A stretch of DNA of 64,000 nt, taken from assembly GCA_963811175.1 (NCBI GenBank), contig CAWEQE010000002.1, forward strand, positions 276,797 to 340,796, written 5' to 3'. Both the position numbers and the translations under genes were made by a program. Below the pieces are notes generated by a model. The model was not told the DNA's origin. It worked only from the letters and a program-made list of their open reading frames with translations, and searched no databases. Source of the DNA: Rubricoccaceae bacterium (GTDB lineage: Bacteria > Bacteroidota > Rhodothermia > Rhodothermales > Rubricoccaceae). Of the stretch, positions 47,247-57,673 are shown in pieces (position 1 is the stretch's first letter; each line of letters opens with the position of its first letter).

Positions 47247-48487
47247 GCGCCCAGGCCGCCTCCGAAGATGGCGTTCAGGATGCCGCTCCCGGACCGGAAG
47301 GCGGCGTAGAGCGAGAGGACCACCAGCAGGCTGTTCACCACGTTCATCTTCCACCCGTTGCGGTGCTCGCCCACTTCGTCCTTGCTGTTGACGGCCCAGA
47401 ACAGGAGGATCGCGGCGATGGGCAATCCCACAACGCCGTTGTAGGCCGGAAACAGGAGGATCATGTCCACGACGCTCAGCCCGAAAAACTGGTTGACGAG
47501 CGGCGAGAGGCTGCCGAGCAAGATGCCGACGGCGTAGATCCACTTGAACGTCCGATTCGACCCGCCTTCGGGGTCCAGATCCAGGGACCGCATCACCATG
47601 TAGGCCGGCGTCCACATGATCGGGATGATGCTGTTGAACGCGGCGGCGACGGCGCCGATGAGGAACGCTACGCGCGCCCACTGCCCGAGAACCTCCTCCA
47701 GCGCGATGCCAGGCGTCAGGAACGTGTCGAGCTGCGTGTAGCCGGCGGGCCGAAGCACGGCGGCGGCCACGACGATGATCGCAATCGTGATGATGCCGCC
47801 CACGGCGTAGCCCAACGCGAGGTCGCGGCGGACGTGCGGCAGGTCCGACTTCGTCGTCCACCCCTTCTCTTTCACCAGCGTCGACTCCAGGAAGAAGTTG
47901 GGCCAGAGCGCCGTCGTGCCGAGGATGGCGACGGCCGTGAGCAGGGCGCCCTCGCTCACGATGCGCGGGACGAACCCGGCCGCCAGCTCGATGGGCGCCG
48001 GTCCGCTCATGACGGCGACGATGAGGTACAGCGCCAGAAGCGCGAACATCATGTACGTCATCACCTTCTCTGCCTTCGCGTAGTTGAGCACGCCGGTCAG
48101 CATGGCGACGACGCCGGTGCCGTAGGCGAGCGGCTTCCACATCCCGTCCTCCATCCCGAACAGAAGTTCGATCCCCTTGCCCACGGCCGCCGTCAGTTCC
48201 AGGCACCAGAGGACGCAGCCGAACGAGAGGAACAGCGCCAGCGCGAGCGAGAGCCCCTTGCCCAGCTTGCGCCGCGTGAACGACATCAGCGTCGAGCCAA
48301 AGATGCCCACGCGGGCGCTCATGTCCTGCCCCATGAACCCGAGCGCGACGGCGCCCACGACGGCCCAGACGAGCGTGTACCCGAACCGGACCCCGGCGTC
48401 CGAGGCGATAAAGATGGAGCCGGCGCCGAAGTAGCTGGCCACCATCACGAACGAGAGGCCGTACTTGGAGAAGAAGTCTTTGGTCAT
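47243..48487 (-). CDS. Nramp-related (APC-fold) transporter
   Basis: YFGAGSI..A..AG..FGY.L.W, QDMSARVG; about 11 TMs. Confidence 0.82.
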   Translation of the reverse strand: MTKDFFSKYGLSFVMVASYFGAGSIFIASDAGVRFGYTLVWAVVGAVALGFMGQDMSARVGIFGSTLMSFTRRKLGKGLSLALALFLSFGCVLWCLELTAAVGKGIELLFGMEDGMWKPLAYGTGVVAMLTGVLNYAKAEKVMTYMMFALLALYLIVAVMSGPAPIELAAGFVPRIVSEGALLTAVAILGTTALWPNFFLESTLVKEKGWTTKSDLPHVRRDLALGYAVGGIITIAIIVVAAAVLRPAGYTQLDTFLTPGIALEEVLGQWARVAFLIGAVAAAFNSIIPIMWTPAYMVMRSLDLDPEGGSNRTFKWIYAVGILLGSLSPLVNQFFGLSVVDMILLFPAYNGVVGLPIAAILLFWAVNSKDEVGEHRNGWKMNVVNSLLVVLSLYAAFRSGSGILNAIFGGGLGA

Positions 48488-48639
48488 GCAGAGAGAGGGA
48501 GAGCCAACCCAACCGGCCCACCGGTGAGCGGTGAACCCAGAGCGGGCGTCCAGCACGCGCCGGACGCCCGCTCGTCAACATCTGGGCAGATCGGCACCGG
48601 TGCCACCGAGCGCGCCAGATATCGGACGAAGACTGGCTG

Positions 48640-51600
48640 TCAGACCTCGGCCGCCTCGGGCTCGGCGGTGGAGAGCGCCTCGGCCAGCGTGGCGAGCACG
48701 TCGCGCGCCTCGGCCAGCGTCGCCACGTCTTGGACGATGGCGCGGAGCCGGCCCGTCCGGCTGTCCTTCAGCGCGTAGCGCTGGCGGAGCCCGCCCAGCG
48801 CTTCCAGGAAGTCGTTGAACAGCTTCGTGTGGAAGTACGGGTCGTCCGACGGGTCGGGGATGGTGAGGAACAGGCGCTCGTTTTTCCAGACGACGCGCGG
48901 CAGGCGGAGCCGCATCGCGAGCGGGCGCATGGCCGCCATCACCAGGAGCGTCTCGATGGCGGCCGGCGCCGGGCCGAAGCGGTCCTCGAGCTCCTGGCGG
49001 AAGCCGTCGATCTCGTCTTCGCCCTCCACGTCCGCCAGCCGGCGGTAGAGGTTCAGCCGCTCGACGGGATTCGTGACGTAGTCCTGCGGGATGAACACGT
49101 CGTCCGCCACGTCGACGGTCGGCTCGGGTGGGGGAGGGGCCGTGTCCTGGTCGGCGAAGACGTCGGCGAACTCCTCGTGCCGGAGCTCCTGGACGGCCTC
49201 GTCGAGGATCTTGTGGTACGTCTCGAACCCGACGTCCTCGATGAAGCCGGACTGCTCGGCGCCCAGCATATTCCCCGCGCCCCGGATATCGAGGTCGCGC
49301 ATCGACAGGTTGAATCCCGCCCCCAGATCCGAGAACTCCTCGACGGCCTGGAGCCGCTGCCGGGCCTCCTTGGTCAACGAGTGGACGCTCGGCACGAGGA
49401 GATAGCAGAACGCGCGCTGGTCGTTCCGCCCGACGCGCCCGCGGAGCTGGTGGAGGTCGGCGAGGCCGTGGCGCTCGGCGTGGTCGATGATGATGGTGTT
49501 GGCGTTCGACACGTCGAGCCCGCTCTCGACGATGTTGGTGCAGACGAGCACGTCGTACTCGCGGTCCATGAACCCGAGCATCGCCCCCTCCAGGTCCTTC
49601 GTCGACATCTGGCCGTGGGCGGTCCGCACGCGAACGTCGGGGACGAGGGCGCGGATCATGGCCGCCATCTCGTCGATGGTCTGGACGCGGTTGTGGATGA
49701 AGAACACCTGCCCGCCCCGGCCCACCTCGTAGAGGATCGCGTCGCGGATGAGGTCGCGGTCGAAGGTGTGGATCTCGGTCGTGACCGGCTGGCGGTTGAG
49801 CGGCGGCGTCTGGATGAGCGAGAGGTCGCGGGCGCCGAGGAGCGAGAACTGGAGCGTCCGCGGGATCGGCGTCGCCGTCAGCGTCAGCGTGTCGACGTTG
49901 GGCCGGAGCTTGCGGAGCTTCTCCTTCGACCCGACGCCGAACCGCTGCTCCTCGTCCACGATGAGGAGGCCGAGGTCTTTGAAGGCGACGTCCTTCGAGA
50001 GCACCCGCTGCGTCCCGATCACGACGTCGACCGTCCCCTCCGCCAGTCCGGCGATCGTCTCCTTCTGATCGGCCGTGCTGACGAACCGGGAAAGCTGGCG
50101 GATCTGGATGGGGAACCGGCCCATCCGCTTGGTGAACGTCTCGGCGTGCTGCCGCGCGAGCACCGTCGTTGGGACCACGACCGCCACCTGCTTGCCGTCC
50201 TGGATCGCCTTGAAGGCGGCGCGCACGGCCACCTCGGTTTTCCCGAACCCGACGTCGCCGCAGACGAGGCGGTCCATCGGGACCGCCTGCTGCATGTCCT
50301 CTTTGATGGCGTCGATGGCGGTCGCTTGGTCGGGCGTTTCCTCGAACTCGAACGACGCCTCCAACTCGCGCTGCCACACGGTGTCGCCCTTGAAGGAGAA
50401 CCCCTGAGAGGCCCGGCGCTTGGCGTAGATCTGAATCAGGTCGCGGGCGATGTCCTTGACCCGCTTCTTGGTCCGTGCCTTGAGGCGCTCCCAGGCGCCG
50501 GTGCCCAGCTTGGTCAGGCGCGGCTGGTGGCCCTCCTTGCCGGTGTACTTGTGCAGCTTGTGGAGCGCCGCCACGTTGACGAACAGCTCGTCGCCGCCCT
50601 GGAAGATGAGCCGGACCGCCTCCTGCTTCTGGTCGCGGACGGTGATCGTCTGGAGCCCGGCGAACTTGCCGATCCCGTAGTCCACGTGGACCACGAAGTC
50701 GCCGGGGCGGAGGGCCTTGACTTCGCGGAGCGAGAGGCCGCCGCGCGCCTTGGCCCGTTTCCGCGCCGTCGGGCGGTGGTAGCGGTTGAAGAGCTGGTGG
50801 TCGGTGTAGACCGCCAGCGAGGCGGCGGGCACCTCGAACCCCTCGTGGAGCGACTCGACCAGGAGGTCGGCGTTCGTGGGCGGCTTGCCGCTCTCCAGGT
50901 CGCCGCCGAGCAACTCCCACAGCCGGCTCTTCTGCGAGGTGCTGTCGCACACGATCACGGTGTCCGTTCCGGTACGCACGTCGAGGTCAGCGCGGAGGCG
51001 CTTGAGGTCGCCGTTGTACGACGGCTGCGGCGTCGCCTGAAGCTCCAACGCCGTGTCGCCATCGCCGCTGAACGTGCCGAAGAGGAGCACCGGCCGCGCG
51101 TCGACGAGCGCCGACAGGGCCTCGCCGGTGAGGTACTGGCTATCCGGTTCGGCGGGTTTTTCGTCCGCGTCTCCGAGGTCCGCCCGTCGCTCGCGGTACG
51201 CCTCGGTGGCGGCCGCGAACCGCTCCTGCGCCGACTCGACCAGCCGTTGTGAATCGAACAGGGCGAGCGGCGTCGTGGCCGGGAGATAGTCGAGCGGCGT
51301 GACGTGGCCGCTCTCGGTGTACCGCTCGGCGCCCAGGTTGGGGACGAGCCGGGCCGTCTCCAGGCGCGTCACCGAGCGTTGCGTTTGGGGGTCGAACTCG
51401 CGGATCTGGTCCACCTCGTCGCCGAAGAACTCCAGGCGGATCGGGTAGCCTCCGGCGAACGGGTACACGTCCAGGATGCCGCCGCGCAGGGCCAGCTCGC
51501 CGGGCTCGCTCACGAACTCGACCGGCCGGAAACCCTGGCCCGTCAGGCGGTCCATCAGGTCCTCTGGCGGCACCTCGTCGCCCACACGCACCGTCATCGT

Positions 51601-52041
51601 CTCGTCGCTGACAGTCTCGGGGAGCGGCACCAGCTCCGAGATCGCCTCGACGCTCGTCACCAGGAGCCCGTCGAAGCCGTCGCGGAGGCGGCCGAGCGCG
51701 TCGGCCCGCTGGACGAGGGGGAGCGTGTCGGCCAGCTGCTCGGGGTCGTACGGGTCGTGGCCGGTGGGGGGGAGGAAGAGGACCCGGTCGTCGCCGCCGA
51801 GGAGCTGCTCGAGGTCGGAGCGGAGGTAGTCGGCGCTCTCGCTCTCGGCGAGCAAGGCCACGAGCGGCCCGCCGCGCTGGTCGAGAAGATCCGCCAGCAC
51901 GAAGGCCGGCAGCGAACCGACCGTCCCCCGTAGACGAAGCCGGCCGCCGGGATCGAGCGCGCGGGTCTCGCGCCGGACGGCGTCGAAGAAGGGGAGGGCG
52001 GCGAGGCGGTCGCGGAGGTCGGAGAGCGTCACGGCGGGCAC
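48640..52041 (-). CDS. mfd: Transcription-repair coupling factor
   Basis: RGGILDVYP, VVHVDYGIG, RLVCGDVGFGKTEVA, VDEEQRFGV, SATPIPRT-like, QLRGRVGR. Confidence 0.98.
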   Translation of the reverse strand: MPAVTLSDLRDRLAALPFFDAVRRETRALDPGGRLRLRGTVGSLPAFVLADLLDQRGGPLVALLAESESADYLRSDLEQLLGGDDRVLFLPPTGHDPYDPEQLADTLPLVQRADALGRLRDGFDGLLVTSVEAISELVPLPETVSDETMTVRVGDEVPPEDLMDRLTGQGFRPVEFVSEPGELALRGGILDVYPFAGGYPIRLEFFGDEVDQIREFDPQTQRSVTRLETARLVPNLGAERYTESGHVTPLDYLPATTPLALFDSQRLVESAQERFAAATEAYRERRADLGDADEKPAEPDSQYLTGEALSALVDARPVLLFGTFSGDGDTALELQATPQPSYNGDLKRLRADLDVRTGTDTVIVCDSTSQKSRLWELLGGDLESGKPPTNADLLVESLHEGFEVPAASLAVYTDHQLFNRYHRPTARKRAKARGGLSLREVKALRPGDFVVHVDYGIGKFAGLQTITVRDQKQEAVRLIFQGGDELFVNVAALHKLHKYTGKEGHQPRLTKLGTGAWERLKARTKKRVKDIARDLIQIYAKRRASQGFSFKGDTVWQRELEASFEFEETPDQATAIDAIKEDMQQAVPMDRLVCGDVGFGKTEVAVRAAFKAIQDGKQVAVVVPTTVLARQHAETFTKRMGRFPIQIRQLSRFVSTADQKETIAGLAEGTVDVVIGTQRVLSKDVAFKDLGLLIVDEEQRFGVGSKEKLRKLRPNVDTLTLTATPIPRTLQFSLLGARDLSLIQTPPLNRQPVTTEIHTFDRDLIRDAILYEVGRGGQVFFIHNRVQTIDEMAAMIRALVPDVRVRTAHGQMSTKDLEGAMLGFMDREYDVLVCTNIVESGLDVSNANTIIIDHAERHGLADLHQLRGRVGRNDQRAFCYLLVPSVHSLTKEARQRLQAVEEFSDLGAGFNLSMRDLDIRGAGNMLGAEQSGFIEDVGFETYHKILDEAVQELRHEEFADVFADQDTAPPPPEPTVDVADDVFIPQDYVTNPVERLNLYRRLADVEGEDEIDGFRQELEDRFGPAPAAIETLLVMAAMRPLAMRLRLPRVVWKNERLFLTIPDPSDDPYFHTKLFNDFLEALGGLRQRYALKDSRTGRLRAIVQDVATLAEARDVLATLAEALSTAEPEAAEV

Positions 52042-52123
52042 ACACGAAAAGCCCGAAGCGCGGCGCTCCGGGCGTGGAAGGGAGAAGGGTGAACCCCGGG
52101 TCCGGCTGTCGGGTCCGGCGTGG

Positions 52124-52630
52124 TTATCGAGCGTCTGCGAAGAGCGTCGTGCCGGCGGGCGTCGCTCCCCGGATCACACGTCCGCCCGCCGGGCTGAACG
52201 GGTACGTCTCGCCGTCGAACGAGAGCCGACGGGCGACGCCGTTCTCGTCTTGGACGATCAGGTCGCTCCACGTCCCGCGCCGCCCCGCGACCACGTGGAC
52301 CGACCCATGCATCATGCTGATCTCAGCGGCCGGGCGGTAGGCGCCCATTTCCTCGGCGTCGATCTCGTCCATCGCCTCGAACACGAGGACGGTGCAGCCG
52401 CCTGAGCCGCACCAGTCTCCTGCCGTGAGGTAGACGAGCGCGTCGTCCCGGCCATCGCCGCTCACGTCTACCCAGGCGACCCGGACGGCGACCGAGTCCA
52501 GCGAGGCATCGACGGGCCGGGCGTACTGGCGGACGGCGGCCATCACCTCCGCGTGGCGGTCGGCGTCGTCGATGCTGTCGGGGACGGCCGGGGCGGCGGC
52601 GAGGAGGGAAACGAGGAGGAGAGCGATCAT
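52124..52630 (-). CDS. Hypothetical secreted protein
   Basis: Signal peptide; DVSGDGRDDA, WCGSGGCT. Confidence 0.7.
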   Translation of the reverse strand: MIALLLVSLLAAAPAVPDSIDDADRHAEVMAAVRQYARPVDASLDSVAVRVAWVDVSGDGRDDALVYLTAGDWCGSGGCTVLVFEAMDEIDAEEMGAYRPAAEISMMHGSVHVVAGRRGTWSDLIVQDENGVARRLSFDGETYPFSPAGGRVIRGATPAGTTLFADAR

Positions 52631-52833
52631 GAGAGGAGCCTGTCAACGGAGAAGAACGCGCGGGACCCGGGAGATTGCCGCAAGGCGGAGGCGTCCAGGC
52701 GATCTCTGACGCGCCTCTACGGCGTTCCCGACACGGGAGGTACGCCGCTCTGGCTGACACCATGCCGACACCCCCGACGCGCGCGTTCCCGCGCCCTCCG
52801 CGTCGCGTCTCGGCTCCCTCGTCTCGTTCTGGA

Positions 52834-53757
52834 TTACGCCGTCCCCTCGATGGCGTGCCGCACGAACCCGTCTGCACGCTCGATCCGCTGGCGGGCGGCC
52901 TCGGCGTCGACGTCCGCCAGCAGCATCACGAGCGCCGTCTTGACGTGCCCGCCGGCCGCCTCCAGCGTGGCGCCGGCCGTCTCGTAGTCGACGCCCGTTA
53001 CTGTCATTACGATCTTTTTGGACCGCTCGACGAGCTTGAGGTTGGTCATCTGGAGGTCCACCATCATGTTCTCGTAGACCTTCCCGAGCCGGATCATCGT
53101 CGCCGTCGAGATCATGTTGAGGACGAGCTTGGTGGCCGTCCCGCTCTTCATCCGCGTCGAGCCCATGATCGGCTCCGGCCCCACGTCCGGGCAGATCGCG
53201 ACGTCCACGTCGAGGGTGAACTGGCTGCGGGGGTTGCACGTGACGAACAGCGTCCGCGCCCCGATCTCGCGGGCGCGTTTGACGGCGCCGACTACGTAGG
53301 GCGTCCGCCTGCTGGCGGCGATGCCGCACACGACGTCGCGCTCGGTGATGCCCGCCGCGTCGATGGCCTCCGCGCCGTTCGACTCGTGGTCCTCCGCGCC
53401 CTCTTGGGCCTCGAACATGGCCTCGCGCCCGCCCGCGATCAGGCCCTGCACCATCTCCGGCGGCGTGCCGAACGTCGGCGGGCATTCGGCGGCATCGAGC
53501 ACCCCGAGGCGCCCGCTCGTCCCGGCGCCGGCGTAGAACAGGCGCCCTCCGCTGCGGAAGGCGTGCTCCACGATCTCGACGGCCCGCTCCACGTACGGTA
53601 GCTCCGGCGTCACGGCGTCGACGGCCCGCTGGTCCTCCTCGTGGAGCAGGCGGAGGACCTCCCCGAGCGGTGCCGTGTCGATCCCCATCGTTCGGGGATT
53701 CCGTTTCTCGGTGGTCAGTGTCTGGAGTTGGGCGAAGAGCTCGGACGAGTCAGGCAT
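52834..53757 (-). CDS. murQ: N-acetylmuramic acid 6-phosphate etherase
   Basis: LTTEKRNP, YAGAGTSGRLGVLDAAECPPTFG, GSTRMKSGTATKLVLNM. Confidence 0.97.
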   Translation of the reverse strand: MPDSSELFAQLQTLTTEKRNPRTMGIDTAPLGEVLRLLHEEDQRAVDAVTPELPYVERAVEIVEHAFRSGGRLFYAGAGTSGRLGVLDAAECPPTFGTPPEMVQGLIAGGREAMFEAQEGAEDHESNGAEAIDAAGITERDVVCGIAASRRTPYVVGAVKRAREIGARTLFVTCNPRSQFTLDVDVAICPDVGPEPIMGSTRMKSGTATKLVLNMISTATMIRLGKVYENMMVDLQMTNLKLVERSKKIVMTVTGVDYETAGATLEAAGGHVKTALVMLLADVDAEAARQRIERADGFVRHAIEGTA

Positions 53758-56429
53758 GGGAGGGGCGCGTGCGAAGGAACCAAGCTAGCCCGGCTCCGAG
53801 GCCGCCGAGCAGGACGGCCAGTATCCAGCCCGCCCCGCCTGTCCCGTCGATGGGGACGGGGGAGGGGTCGCCCGAGAGGACGGGGGCGGCCCAGTAGAAC
53901 GGGCTCGCCGCTAGGCCCTCGCTCTGTTCGAGGTAGGCGAGCTGGGCGCGTTGCAACGCCTCGTCCTTCGAGAGCCCTTGCGTCAGACCGTTGTAGAACT
54001 CGCCCATCAGGTCGGCGACGGCATGGTCGTCGACGGGCCATAGCGTGGCGAGAGACGCGTGCGCGCCGGCCGTCCTCACCGCGTACTGGAGCCCGTTGAT
54101 CCCCTCGCCCGCCTGCCCGCTCGCGGTGGAGCACCCGCTGAGGACCACGAGGTCGGCCGGGAGCGACTGGCTTTGGATCTCGTAGAGGTAGAGGACGCCG
54201 TCGTCGCGGTCCTCCGGGTCATCGCGGAGGTAGATCCGGCTGTAGAGCGGGAGCGTGGGGTGGACCTCGGCGTGCGAGGCGACGTGGACGATGCGGGCTG
54301 TGCCGAGGTCGTGACGCAGGCTCGCCTCCGTCGCCTCGTCCCCCGTCACGACCCGGCTGTCTTGGACCTGCCGAGTGACGCGTCGAAGCTCGTCCTTTAC
54401 GAAGGGGAGGTCGATCAGAGGGTGCCGCTCGTACTCCGGGACGCGCGGCGTGTCGAACTGGCTGCGGCCGTACGCCAGCAGGTCGAGCTCCGGGGGCGCC
54501 TCCCGTTCGTTCTCCGTCCCGACCAGGGACGTGGCGAGCTCGTATGCGATTGGGAAGCGGCGCACGAGGTACGGCGCCTCCTCGTAGCTCTCTGCCGGCG
54601 CCGTGAGGAGCATGGACAAGGGCACGGCGGCGAGCACTCCGTCGGGGACGATGGTGAGGGCTCGCGTGTCGTCCGGGATCCAGGGCATCACCGGCTCGAC
54701 CACCGTCCGGTACAGGTCGTGAAGCGGGCCGAGCGCGAAGGCAGGGTCTGGGACGCCGTCCTCGTCCCACCTCGAACCCACGGCACGGAGTAGATCGCGG
54801 ATGCCGGACTCCGAAGTCTGAAGCGGGACCGCTACGACGGTATCGGGCCGGACCACGAACGCCGTGCTCTTGCGATCGTCCAGGAAGTAGGCGATGAGCG
54901 TCCGGCCCTCGGTGAGGAGCACCTTCTGCACGCGGCTCACGTCGAGCGGGGCCGGTGGGAGACTCCGCGACTCCGTGACTTCTTCTAGACTCGTTTGCAG
55001 CTCGGCGGCCGTCTGCATCAGGGCTGCTCGTTCGCCGCCCCCTGTGTTCCGGTTGAGCAGGGCCAGCCGGGCCGCTTCCAGGGCGTTTACCAGGCTGTCG
55101 GCGACGGAGCGTTGGGCGCTGCTCAGCCGCTCGCGCAGCGCGAGGTGATTCCGCAAGTCGCGGAGGTAGCGGGCTTGCGTTTGGTCGAGCGTGCCGAGCG
55201 CTCCTCGAGCGTCGCCGGTCGCCAGCTGGACCCGGATGAGCCCACGGTACGGCTCCTGGAGGCTGGCGAATGCCTGCGCGTTCCAGTCCCGGAGGCCCAT
55301 GGCCTCGTGGCGAGTTTCTTGCAGGTCGATGGCACGGTTGTACTCGGCCGCCGCCTGGTCCCACGCTCCGCGCTGCTCGGCGAGATCCCCCAGCCTGATG
55401 GTTGCGTCGGCCTCGTACTCTACCAGCTCCAGCTCTCGTGCGGTCTGCAGCGCCTGGAGGGCCGCATGCCGCGCCGTCGCGGTGTCGCCCGCCATCTCCG
55501 CGACCCGATGCCGTGCTAGCCACGCGTTGATCCTGGCGTTGGGATCTGCGCTCCCGGCCTCAATGGCGAACGCGAGCGCGGGCCCGATGCGGCTGGCGGC
55601 TTCTCTGTGATGGCCCTGGATGGCGGCTGCGAGCGCGTAAAAGTTGAGGGCTTCGGAACGGTTGCCGAGCGTCCACCGACGCGTCGAACTGTTGTCGTCT
55701 GCGAGCATCTCGAGCGCCCGCTCCGACGACGACTCCAAAGCTTCTGCGAGCCGAGTTGCGCTCTGCCCGATCGGACGTCATGGACAGGCGGTAGAACGTG
55801 AGATAGCTCTGGCTCAGGAGCGCGAAGCCCAGTTCCTTCCGAAGCCCCGGATTTGTCTCCAGGCTATCCGCCACGAGGCGGTAGATATGATCGAGGTAGC
55901 GCTGGGCGGTTTCGAGGTCCCCGAAGTCCCGAGCGCTCATGGACGCGGTGACGAGCGCGCGGACGGCGGACGCCGCCTTGGCCTCGTCTGCCAGTGCGGC
56001 GGCGGCGAAATACTCCCGCGCCATCGACTGGATGTCTCCGAGACGCCTGAACGAGTACGCGCGTTGCCGCCGAATGCTGATCCGGTCGCTCGGGTCGCCC
56101 TCATCTCCGGAACGCTCGAGGTATTCCGACGACCGTTCCAGGAGATCCTCGTACCGCTTGTTGAACACGAGGAGGTAGGCCTCGTGGTTGCGCAGTCGGC
56201 TCTCGCAGATCGGCGTCTGGACCCGGGATCGTTCGAGAAGCGGAGCCAGCTTCTCTAGCAGCCGCTCTCGCGCCTCCGGGCTCTGGTTGCGCTCGGCTAC
56301 ATAGATCCTGCTGAATTCCTGCTGCTCCCTCCAGCACTGCTCTTCGGTCATCAAGTCCTCTTGGTACGCGAGGCGATAGCCGGAGAGGCTCAGCGCGACA
56401 GCGAGCACAATCCAGAGCGAGGCGCGCAT
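53750..56429 (-). pseudogene. TPR-like + CHAT (caspase-like) protease, +1 frameshift at ~55751
   Basis: The C-terminal ORF has HVASH and VVLSGCST (His/Cys dyad) and a C-terminal TM. Removing one base at 55751-55752 gives ...RNSLAEALESSSER... and a continuous ~892-aa protein. Confidence 0.75.
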
Positions 56430-56524
56430 AGGCAGGAGGGTTCAATCCCTACGAGGGCAGAGGTTCTAACGATACTGAACTTGACAGTCCTCGTAGGGTA
56501 CGAACCGCCCCTTCCCTCGATCTG

Positions 56525-57673
56525 TTGAACCTCCGCCATCTTCGTCTGACCCATTTTCGGGCCCACACGGGTACGTCCCTCGACCTGTCTCCTCGCGTCA
56601 ATGTGTTCGTCGGCTCTAATGGGGCTGGCAAGACGAATCTGATCGAGGCGGTCGGGTACTTGTGTCTGGGCAAGAGCTTCGTGGCGTCCACCGACCAGCA
56701 CGTCGTTTCGAGAGGGGCCTCTTATTTCGACGTCGCGGGTCGGTTCGAGAGCGACCACGGCACCAGCGTCTCCGTGCGTCTCGCGTTCGTCCCCGGTGAG
56801 GGCAAACGGGCGTTCGTCAACGGTGCTCCTCTCGACCGTCTGGCGGACCTCGTCGGCCGGGTTCCTGTCGTGATCCTCTCTCCCTCCGACTACGACTTGA
56901 CAGCGGGTGGACCCTCCGAGCGGCGCCGATTCCTCGACGCCACCCTGAGCCAGGCCTACCCTGTCTACTTGGACGATTCGCTCAAGTACCGGCGTGCGTT
57001 GAAGCAGCAGAATGCCCTTCTCCAATCAGCGCGGAAGGGCCGTTCTGTCGCCGCCGACACGTTCGATGCGTGGGAGGAGGAACTGGCTACGTTGGGGGGA
57101 CGGCTGATGGAGCGGAGGCGTTCGTTCCTCGATCGGTTCGTGTCGTTCGTCGCGGACGCGTATCGACTGTTGGACTCGCCTGGTGCCGAGCCTACCCTTA
57201 CCTACGCCCCGTCGGTTGATGTCGAAGATGGGCCCTACGACTCGCTTCGCGAAGCGCTCGTACGGTCTCGCCGTCGGAGCCGCCAGCTTGGCCGAACGCT
57301 CGTGGGCCCCCACTTGGACGAAGTCTCGTTTCAACTCGACGGCTTCGACGTTCGTCCGTTCGCTTCTCAGGGTCAACACCGCACGTTCGCCCTTGCCGTT
57401 CGACTCGCTCAAGCGCTTTACCTCCGCGATCGCCTGGATGAAACGCCTCTTCTCCTCCTCGATGACGTGTTTGGGCCTCTCGATTCGGACCGGACCTCAC
57501 TCGTCTTGGATCTTCTTGCGTCGGGCCAGATCGGGCAGTCTCTCATTACGGCAGCGCGTGAAGAACCCTTCATGGGGTCTGTTCCGTTCGAAGACTCCGA
57601 GCACGCACTGTTTCACGTGGAACACGGTGAGGTCGCTCCCACCTTCTCCTCCTCAACCTCTCTAGATTCATGA
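56525..57673 (+). CDS. recF: DNA replication/repair protein RecF
   Basis: FRAH, GSNGAGKTNLIEA, ERRRFLD, GPHLD, SQGQ, LLLLDDV. Confidence 0.95.
   Translation: MNLRHLRLTHFRAHTGTSLDLSPRVNVFVGSNGAGKTNLIEAVGYLCLGKSFVASTDQHVVSRGASYFDVAGRFESDHGTSVSVRLAFVPGEGKRAFVNGAPLDRLADLVGRVPVVILSPSDYDLTAGGPSERRRFLDATLSQAYPVYLDDSLKYRRALKQQNALLQSARKGRSVAADTFDAWEEELATLGGRLMERRRSFLDRFVSFVADAYRLLDSPGAEPTLTYAPSVDVEDGPYDSLREALVRSRRRSRQLGRTLVGPHLDEVSFQLDGFDVRPFASQGQHRTFALAVRLAQALYLRDRLDETPLLLLDDVFGPLDSDRTSLVLDLLASGQIGQSLITAAREEPFMGSVPFEDSEHALFHVEHGEVAPTFSSSTSLDS
57609..57624. other. parS centromere-like site
   Basis: TGTTTCACGTGGAACA, matching the parS consensus, inside the recF 3' end. Confidence 0.85.

Noticed and set aside
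48730-51252. 840-aa plus-strand ORF
   Set aside because: Shadow of mfd.
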